A DNA stretch of 30,677 bases from a virus (taxonomy: Duplodnaviria > Caudoviricetes): positions 1-30,677 of the IMG/VR virus record IMGVR_UViG_3300034150_000068. The stretch is one strand, 5' to 3'. Below, one piece after another: positions 23,727 through 30,677 of this stretch. The notes beneath the pieces are model-generated. The model was not told the origin of the DNA and ran no database searches. It saw only the letters and a list, made by a program, of their open reading frames with translations. The position numbers and the translations under genes were made by a program. Positions within the stretch are counted from its first letter, which is position 1. Each line of letters opens with the position of its first letter.

Positions 23727-25712
23727 ATGCCGATCATCTCTTGCACCAACCGGATCACCTGCGAAGGAATAGACACCCCATTTTCAAATTTCTCATCTGA
23801 AGCTCCGGACCTATTTGATTTCCGCGCCTTTGCCTGGGTTATCTGGAATCCAAACTTCCCCCTGCCACCGGACCTTGGCGGACGCGATACCGGCGATCTG
23901 CCGATTTATTGGGCGGAAGGATGCGAATCGATTTGCGTTTCGCTGTCCTCACAGGCGGAGGCGAACACCTGCGCGCAGCGGCAAGCTTACCTCTGCGGCC
24001 GCAGCAACGAGGGCGGGGATGGAGTAGTCCCGGCGCTGTTTTCGAACGCGGCGCAGACCTGCTCAGCGGTATGCGCCGATGGTTCCCCTTTCAGCTTCAC
24101 GGTTCCGGCCGGATGGTTCACGACCACTTCTCAAAGCCTCTCCGACCAGGTCGCGAGGGCCTACGCGTGCGCCCTGGCAAACTCGCAGATGATCTGCCTT
24201 TCGAACCTTTCGCAAGGCTGCCTCAACGTCGCGTATGCGGAGCTCATCGCGGTTACTCGAGGCACAGGCCCGTTTGTTTTCTCGCTGATCGGCGGCACGC
24301 TTCCGCCTGGGCTTGCCCTGACACAATTCGATTCAACGAGCGCCCTGCTCTCCGGAACGCCGACTGCGGCAGGCAATTACACTTTTCGGGTGAGAGCGCG
24401 CAACGCTTCCGGAGCGCAGACAGCCAGGACTTACACGGTGGCGATCCTGGGAATTACCAATTTCGGATCGGCGACCAATCCCAAAAAGGGGACGGCTTAC
24501 AGTTTCCAGCTTGCCGCCAGTGGCGGGACCCCTCCGTATGTGTTCAGCGTGGCAGCCGGAGCGTTGCCTGCAGGACTGACTTTGAGCGCGACTGGCCTTA
24601 TTTCGGGCACTCCGACAACGGCGGGTACCAGCAGCTTTGTTTTGGAGATTCACGATGCGACTACAGGCGGCGCACGTTGCCAGTTAGTGGCGTCGCTGGT
24701 GACTGACAATAACGCAGTCTGCCCCACGCAACTTCTGCAGGTGAACCTTGGCGCAAATAATTCCGGAATGGCTGCCTATTGCGGACTGACTGGGATGATC
24801 GCGCACCCTAACAAGGTCTATGTGAAAGTTGGCGCTCCGTTTGACGAATTTCGCGTTTACGATGCCGACACTCAGACTCAGTACGCCAGTTTCAGCCTGC
24901 CCAATCCTGGCTTTACGGCCATCGGGAGCTCAGCCTATGCCGCGGGTACAGATAAGCTCTTTGTCGAAATCGATGATTTCTTCACCGGCACGCGCTATCT
25001 TCAGATTATTAACACCGCCGCGGATGCTTTGGGCACAACGATCAGCGATGGTCCGCTTGGCGATGTTCACGGTTATTACGCGCTCAGATATAGTCCGAAT
25101 CTGGATCGGGTGATCATGCTTGGCGACAACGCCGGAGGCACAAACGCTTTTACTGATGCCTTGATCCTCAATCCGCACACCAACCTCTTTACGCGGTTCA
25201 TTTGCACCGTTGTCCCTGGCGCTGGCAATGAGGTAGCCAATGACATTGAGTATTGCCCTGACAACAATCGGTTGTATGTGGGCTGCCAAACTAACGGAGG
25301 AGCAGGCACGATCCGCGGGTATGACGCCACCACGCACGCGCTAACCTCATCGGTTTCGCTTGGGAATTATCTCCCTGGCGCACTCGTTTGGAATCCAGAC
25401 AAGAGCCGCCTGTATATTTACACCCGAGACTCTTTCACCGGAGATTGTGCAATTTACGTTTACGATCCGGCGACTGACACGGTTGAAACGAGCGTTAGCC
25501 TTGGAAACTTGAGCACAATTTCACGCCGGATCGCCTATTGGACAAACAAAGCCCTGATCGCCGCTCCGACCGCCAACCGCATTTATTTCTTTGACCCTGA
25601 CACCAATACACTCCTCTGCTCGCTGGCGGTCACTACAGGATTTGATCCCTTGGGAGTTGGCGGAGATCGTTTATTCGTCTCCTTTGGAGCTTTCCTCACT
25701 GTGTATAACTGA
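23727..25712 (+). CDS. Virion adhesin: Cys-rich N-domain, two putative Ig (He_PIG) domains, YVTN-like beta-propeller
   Basis: GTLPPGLAL...LSGTPTAAGNYTFRVRA and GALPAGLTLSATGLISGTPTTAGTSSF; repeats such as YCPDNNRLYV and WNPDKSRLYI. Confidence 0.8.
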   Translation: MPIISCTNRITCEGIDTPFSNFSSEAPDLFDFRAFAWVIWNPNFPLPPDLGGRDTGDLPIYWAEGCESICVSLSSQAEANTCAQRQAYLCGRSNEGGDGVVPALFSNAAQTCSAVCADGSPFSFTVPAGWFTTTSQSLSDQVARAYACALANSQMICLSNLSQGCLNVAYAELIAVTRGTGPFVFSLIGGTLPPGLALTQFDSTSALLSGTPTAAGNYTFRVRARNASGAQTARTYTVAILGITNFGSATNPKKGTAYSFQLAASGGTPPYVFSVAAGALPAGLTLSATGLISGTPTTAGTSSFVLEIHDATTGGARCQLVASLVTDNNAVCPTQLLQVNLGANNSGMAAYCGLTGMIAHPNKVYVKVGAPFDEFRVYDADTQTQYASFSLPNPGFTAIGSSAYAAGTDKLFVEIDDFFTGTRYLQIINTAADALGTTISDGPLGDVHGYYALRYSPNLDRVIMLGDNAGGTNAFTDALILNPHTNLFTRFICTVVPGAGNEVANDIEYCPDNNRLYVGCQTNGGAGTIRGYDATTHALTSSVSLGNYLPGALVWNPDKSRLYIYTRDSFTGDCAIYVYDPATDTVETSVSLGNLSTISRRIAYWTNKALIAAPTANRIYFFDPDTNTLLCSLAVTTGFDPLGVGGDRLFVSFGAFLTVYN

Positions 25713-25756
25713 GTTTTAGTTGCCAAAACCATTGAAACGGGAGTAATACAACCAAT

Positions 25757-26806
25757 ATGCCGACCCGCCCAACCGCAGGACTCGCCAGGAATAGTTCCCT
25801 TCCTGGCATCATCGGGCTCTGTGCGGCGGACGTCTCCCGGGTGTTCGCTTACGTCAATGAGGCTCAAGAAAAGCTGATCATGGATCCCTTGACGCCGGAT
25901 GAAGGATGGTGGGGAGGCTCAGCGGTTATGTCCTTTACCGTGATCCCGTCCAATGGCGCCGCCTACATCATCACGCCTCGAGAAGTGGCGCGGCCAGTAG
26001 CCTTTGACATTTGCAATCGCCCGATCGCGATGCGTAACCAGCTTTGGGAGTACCTCGAGTTTGGTACCGGCTTGCATCCTCGAGGGTGCGGAGCCCATTG
26101 TCACATCGGCTGCCTGGGGAGTACTCAAGCTTTCGAGCGGGATCCGGTTCCCTGCCTCAACCCCCTACCATCCGTGCCCCGAGTGATCCGGCTTTACTTC
26201 ACCAATGCGGCCGATGCTGGGCGGAGGGTGGTCATCGGAGGCACTGATCAAAACGGGATGCCGATTTACGGGGTGGACCCACTCACCCAAACGTCCACCC
26301 CTGGCGAGACAGTCTATTTAGCTGGTCCATTTGCTGACTCCTTGAACCTGATCACCCCAACGTCCTTTACGAAGGAGGTAACGCTGGGCGAGGTGCAATT
26401 CTTTACCGTCGACTCGAGCGGCAATCAAACGCTGCTGAGCACGATGCAGCCGGGAGAGACGACAGCCAGTTATCGCCGGTACCTATTGGATGGTTTGCCG
26501 CAGAGTTGCTGCAACACTCCGGCCGGAGCGGTACAGGTTTCCGCCTTTTGCCGGCTTGATTTCGCCCCGGTCCAAAACGATCAGGATCCCCTTTTGATTC
26601 AGAGCATCCCGGCTCTGATCGAAGAATGCCAGAGCATCCGTTATTCTCGGATGGATGCCAGCCAAGCTCCGGCCCTCGAGAAGAAACACCACGATAAAGC
26701 GCTCTCGATTCTTAACGGCCAACTCGATCACTACCAAGGGAAGATAACGCCTGCCGTGCGAATCTCCCTCTTTGGAAGCGATAGACTGCGGCCGCAACCA
26801 ATCTAA
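25757..26806 (+). CDS. Tail adaptor / head-tail connector (putative)
   Basis: Helical ends (YVNEAQEKL; IPALIEE...ALSILN.QL) enclosing beta domains, typical of podovirus adaptor proteins; synteny. Confidence 0.6.
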   Translation: MPTRPTAGLARNSSLPGIIGLCAADVSRVFAYVNEAQEKLIMDPLTPDEGWWGGSAVMSFTVIPSNGAAYIITPREVARPVAFDICNRPIAMRNQLWEYLEFGTGLHPRGCGAHCHIGCLGSTQAFERDPVPCLNPLPSVPRVIRLYFTNAADAGRRVVIGGTDQNGMPIYGVDPLTQTSTPGETVYLAGPFADSLNLITPTSFTKEVTLGEVQFFTVDSSGNQTLLSTMQPGETTASYRRYLLDGLPQSCCNTPAGAVQVSAFCRLDFAPVQNDQDPLLIQSIPALIEECQSIRYSRMDASQAPALEKKHHDKALSILNGQLDHYQGKITPAVRISLFGSDRLRPQPI

Positions 26807-26812
26807 AGCGCC

Positions 26813-27766
26813 ATGCCAATAGGTTTCCAAAGTTCTGATTTCGGCGGGGGTGGATATTCATCCCCGAACGTAAATTACAGCGTTCCCAGGTCCGCCTTCG
26901 ATGTGTCGACTCCAGCCGGAGTGAGCGCTGTAACACAGTACGTCAACCAGCTTAATCGCCAGGGCCAGCAACAGGCGTTGCGTGCCAGGATCCCCGGGGC
27001 TCAAGGGCTCGAGACTCAGAGCTCGCAGAACATCGGACAGGAACTGCGCGGCCAAGTGCCGGCTGATGTGATCCGCCTGTTAGGCCAGCAAGCCGCGGAG
27101 CGCGGAGCCTCAACCGGCCAAGGCCCGGGAGGGCCTAACACCATGGCGGCTTACCTGCAGGCTTTGGGGTTAACGAGCTTGGGGATGCAGCGCCAAGGGC
27201 AAACCGATTTGACGTCCGCCTATGGACGAAACCCCGCCGCGCCACTATTCGACCCGACTACTCAGCTAATGACGCCCTACCAGCAAGGAAACTTGCGCTT
27301 GCAGGCGCAGGAAGCGGAGGATCGAACGCGGTTAGAGCAACAGCGGATTGCCCTTGAGCGCGCAAGAATCGCGACAGCCGCCGACGCTGCAGCCTCGAGG
27401 TACGCCGGAGCTTCCGGCCCCGGATCGCGTCCAACGAGCACAAGCTTTCATCCGTCAATGGAAGGCTTTGGGGGTGAGTATGTGGCTTACTCTCCCAACG
27501 CTAACACCCAACTCGGCCTCACGATTCCAACTGAGCCTTACGGGATTAATTCTTGGTGGCAGCCTGGATATGCCAACCAGACCGGCTCCGGCACTGGCAC
27601 TTATTACGCCGGGACCGCGCAAGGGTACCAGCCGGATCTAGAAGGCGATTTTTTTGCACCGTCCGATACTGCTACCGGCGACGGTTACGGCAGTCTCCCT
27701 GGCAACGATTTTGTTTCCGGTGGGTTCATTGGCAGCGATGCGCCCCCCGTCGATATCGGAGGCTAA
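26813..27766 (+). CDS. Putative internal virion (ejection) protein
   Basis: Q/G/A-rich, Cys-free, located after the tail genes. Confidence 0.55.
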   Translation: MPIGFQSSDFGGGGYSSPNVNYSVPRSAFDVSTPAGVSAVTQYVNQLNRQGQQQALRARIPGAQGLETQSSQNIGQELRGQVPADVIRLLGQQAAERGASTGQGPGGPNTMAAYLQALGLTSLGMQRQGQTDLTSAYGRNPAAPLFDPTTQLMTPYQQGNLRLQAQEAEDRTRLEQQRIALERARIATAADAAASRYAGASGPGSRPTSTSFHPSMEGFGGEYVAYSPNANTQLGLTIPTEPYGINSWWQPGYANQTGSGTGTYYAGTAQGYQPDLEGDFFAPSDTATGDGYGSLPGNDFVSGGFIGSDAPPVDIGG

Positions 27767-27769
27767 ACC

Positions 27770-28597
27770 ATGGAGGAAACTGAAATGGATTTGCCGGATT
27801 ATTCTCCGGAGGAGGGTCAAGATGAGAGAGAGCCTTCGACGGTAATGCCGCCGCCGGTTCCTGTGCCTGCGGCCGCAAATCCCCCCGCGCCCGTCATAGC
27901 GCGAGCGGCTACCCCTTCTCCTATTGCCCCGGGCAGCGCTGGTCCTGTCTATTCCCCCGATCAGCAGGCCAGCGCCGATTTTTGGCGCAAGATGAACTAT
28001 GAGCTCCAGGGGCAACCCTTGGCTGATGCAGAACAGGCGCTTTCAGCCGCGCTCAAGTTTCAGGCGATCCGCGGGTATCAAAAGGATCTCGAGGGTGGCA
28101 AGGGCGCCAGCGAGGCGCTCTCACGCTGGGCGCCGATGATGTTTACCGCGCCAAAATCTTCCAACCTGGGGAATGCGGCTGCCATGGTTCGCGCTACCCG
28201 CCAGCCTGCGCCCATGGTTCGCAGTGCCGGGGGGCAGCTTTACCAAGTCCCGCCAGGAGGCGGATCGGCTGCGGCTTTGACTCCAGCGCCGGTACGCCCT
28301 CCGCGCACAGACCCTTTTGCGCTCAAAGCTTTTGAGTTGAAGCTCAAACAGATTGAAAAGCTTGAGGGCGATCTTGAGCTCGAGCCAGCCGGAAAAGGGC
28401 GTGCGGAGATCCAGAAACGGATCGAGGCAGCGCAGCGCGAGGCAGACGCTATGCGCCCGAATACTACGGCGCCAACTGCTCCGGCCGCGACTCCTGTAGG
28501 CGGAGGAAATGAGGTTGTTCGCTTGACGAAGAGCGGCCGAAAGGCTGTCTTTGACTCTGCAACAAAGCAATTCCTGCGCTATGTCGATACAAGATGA
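27770..28597 (+). CDS. Putative internal virion (ejection) protein
   Basis: P/A-rich with a coiled coil. Ends in GRKAVFDSATKQFLRY, a short beta-hairpin of the kind seen in such proteins. Confidence 0.55.
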   Translation: MEETEMDLPDYSPEEGQDEREPSTVMPPPVPVPAAANPPAPVIARAATPSPIAPGSAGPVYSPDQQASADFWRKMNYELQGQPLADAEQALSAALKFQAIRGYQKDLEGGKGASEALSRWAPMMFTAPKSSNLGNAAAMVRATRQPAPMVRSAGGQLYQVPPGGGSAAALTPAPVRPPRTDPFALKAFELKLKQIEKLEGDLELEPAGKGRAEIQKRIEAAQREADAMRPNTTAPTAPAATPVGGGNEVVRLTKSGRKAVFDSATKQFLRYVDTR

Positions 28598-30677
28598 AGC
28601 TCTTCCGACCTGGGAAAATTCTCAAGAGATCGCTGCTGATAATGATACTCCGTCATGGGGTGACACCACGCATTACGTAGAATCCCCTGCACCGCTGCGT
28701 CCCCAACGGGTACGCGCTGGCATAAACCAGACCATTCAAGCCGTTTACCGGCCGCTCGATATCCTGACCAATCCCGCCGTAGTCGCCGGATCGGAGATGG
28801 GCCAGGAACGCGCCAAGCGAGCGAGGGAAGCTCAGATGGGTGTGGTTGCTCCCGGTTCTTTCTTCCCTGTGCCTCAACCGTTAGCGGAGCCCACTGCGGA
28901 AGATAAGGCGGCAGGCTCTGAGCTTGTTCGCTCGATTACCTCCGTGCCCGGGCGATTCCTGGCAGCCGCAGGGCGCACGGTGCGAGACGTGCTCAATCCG
29001 GAGACGTACCTGCCTGAGAACATGAAACAGCCGCCCCCGTTTGTTATCGGCGGGAATGAGATCCGGCAAATGACCAGAGCGGAGGAGGCAGCGCGGGATC
29101 CCCTGCAGGGCCCGCGAGGGCTAATCCCAATTCGCGGCACGCAACTGCAGCCGGAAGGGAGCGAAGGCGCGCAACTGCTCTCAGGGCTCAGCAGTCCGGA
29201 TAATATCGGGATCCTTGCCACCGGTGGCGCGAGCAAGCTCGCTGGCATGGCGCTGCTCTTCAGCATGGCCCCTGGCATTTACGAGGATGTGAAGAAAATC
29301 GCATCGAGCGAGGTGCCCCTCGATCAGAAGCGCCAATCGATAAACAATTTGCTGATCCCGATCGTGCTTGGAGCCAAGGCAGGGTATGAGCGACCGGTGC
29401 TGGAGGCTCCGCGGATTGTGGGCCCTCCGGCGATGGGCTCCATGTTGCAAATTCCAGAGGGAGTGCGCCCTCCAATGGCGAGAGCCGCCGAACTGGTAGG
29501 GCCTCCTATACCTGGGCATGCTAAGTTCTTGCGGCCGGAGGTTCCTGGCACGGCCGCGGAGCCGTATGAGACGGCACTTGCGACCATTCGAAAGGCCAAT
29601 GCCAGGACTCGAAAGCAGATTCAAGCGCTATTCCCTGAGCGGCGCTTGAAAAACGAGGAGGCTGCAGATCTCCGTGATGCTGCTTGGGGTGCACAACCTC
29701 AGCCAGAGCCTCCGGCTGCTCCTCCAAAATGGGAGCAAACAGAGCCCGTCACGCGCACGCCGGAAGATCGCGCCGCGATGGAGCACGCGCAGGAAATTGA
29801 CGCGGCTGCCGAAAGGCAAGCTGGCCCCACTCAAGAGCCTCTGCCATCGGCTGAACCGCCTGCACAAACTGTGCCCAAGCCTGCGCCGCCCCCCGCGCCG
29901 GCTGGCGAGGGCGCTGTAAAAACTGTGCCCACGCCGACCAGCACGGAGCAGGTTCCAACGCAGTTACCCGCGACCATGGAGACGGCGCGTAAGATCGCCG
30001 GCATGAGTGGGACTGAGTTTTTCCGCCAAGGCGCAGCGTTCAATAAGATCAACTTTGAGATCGGCAGGAATGCCACACCGGCAGAAGCCGCAGAACTGAG
30101 AAAGCTCGCCGCGGAGGCGGTTAAGGCAGGCGAGGCAGCGCGAGACGAAGCGATCGATACCAAGGATCCAGCTAAGATGAATGAAGCTGGCCCGCTCATG
30201 GTCAGGGCTCAGTTCTTCTCTGAAGCTGTCCGGCACTATGACGCCAAGGTTGCGGAACAGTCTGCCACACTCGATCCCAAGCCTGGAATGACGCGCCTGT
30301 ACCACGGGGAAGGCGCGACGGAAGGCGCTGGCGCTGGCGGGGGCTGGTTCACGGAGAATCCCGAATACGCCGCGCAGTTTGGGAAAGTTACTTACGTCGA
30401 TGTGCCTCAGGACGTTGCCAACAAGGCGCGAGGCGCCGCTCGCGCAACTGGTACCGGTGGTCCCCATTTTATCCTCCCTGATGAATACGTAAAGCAGGCT
30501 CAGCCGATGGCAACGCAACCAGGGGCAAAGGTGTATGACGTGACTGAAGAGCCGGCTGAAGAGCCGGAAAAGATAACCGCGGCCGCGTACCAGCCGCAAC
30601 CAGGGCAAACCGAAACCGGGGCAAATCATCCTGAGATCCTCAGTCGCCTGGGAGTTAAAGGCTTTGAAAGTCCAGAA
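28581..30677 (+). CDS. Large polyvalent/ejection protein (runs off the window) with an ADP-ribosyltransferase-like segment
   Basis: ATG 28581 (MSIQDEALPTWENSQEI...). No stop seen in the portions translated, and it is absent from the track, as expected for an ORF open to the window end. In-frame MTRLYHGEG...WFTENPEYAAQFG from 30288. Confidence 0.75.
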   Translation, partial: MSIQDEALPTWENSQEIAADNDTPSWGDTTHYVESPAPLRPQRVRAGINQTIQAVYRPLDILTNPAVVAGSEMGQERAKRAREAQMGVVAPGSFFPVPQPLAEPTAEDKAAGSELVRSITSVPGRFLAAAGRTVRDVLNPETYLPENMKQPPPFVIGGNEIRQMTRAEEAARDPLQGPRGLIPIRGTQLQPEGSEGAQLLSGLSSPDNIGILATGGASKLAGMALLFSMAPGIYEDVKKIASSEVPLDQKRQSINNLLIPIVLGAKAGYERPVLEAPRIVGPPAMGSMLQIPEGVRPPMARAAELVGPPIPGHAKFLRPEVPGTAAEPYETALATIRKANARTRKQIQALFPERRLKNEEAADLRDAAWGAQPQPEPPAAPPKWEQTEPVTRTPEDRAAMEHAQEIDAAAERQAGPTQEPLPSAEPPAQTVPKPAPPPAPAGEGAVKTVPTPTSTEQVPTQLPATMETARKIAGMSGTEFFRQGAAFNKINFEIGRNATPAEAAELRKLAAEAVKAGEAARDEAIDTKDPAKMNEAGPLMVRAQFFSEAVRHYDAKVAEQSATLDPKPGMTRLYHGEGATEGAGAGGGWFTENPEYAAQFGKVTYVDVPQDVANKARGAARATGTGGPHFILPDEYVKQAQPMATQPGAKVYDVTEEPAEEPEKITAAAYQPQPGQTETGANHPEILSRLGVKGFESPE

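Noticed and set aside
28653-30629. Numerous minus-strand ORFs at the right end
   Set aside because: Antisense shadows of the long + strand ORF starting at 28581, typical of GC-rich DNA.
1-30677. tRNA, rRNA, integrase, transposase or reverse transcriptase
   Set aside because: No cloverleaf or T-loop signature in the intergenic regions inspected, and no corresponding catalytic motifs in any ORF.

Overview
This window is part of a tailed dsDNA phage or prophage with podovirus-like architecture; nearly all genes are on the + strand. Gene order: terminase large subunit (3' end), two paralogous small genes, a sugar/methyl modification cluster (three glycosyltransferase-like genes, radical SAM/SPASM, two SAM methyltransferases), portal, an ATP-grasp enzyme, scaffold, GroES-like co-chaperonin, HNH, major capsid, Cys-rich and lectin-like virion proteins, small membrane proteins and a lipoprotein, tail nozzle/adaptor, ejection proteins, and the start of a large polyvalent-type protein. 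The stand-out feature is an antisense cassette at about 13070-14345, lying between an intact groES and a decayed groES copy. It holds a stand-alone RAMP/Cas7-like gene followed by about 550 nt of non-coding sequence built of in-phase pentamers (GGY-NN on the transcribed strand), punctuated by two identical 21-nt GUAA-tetraloop hairpin repeats. When the variable dinucleotides are read as codon positions 1-2, two blocks spell excisionase/HTH-like motifs (ARLIRYRLEDVKAIE, IKLNSRVVRY). This suggests an RNA-guided system that uses a gapped, wobble-skipping code against competing mobile elements. All product calls come from motif recognition and synteny by eye; no database searches were run.
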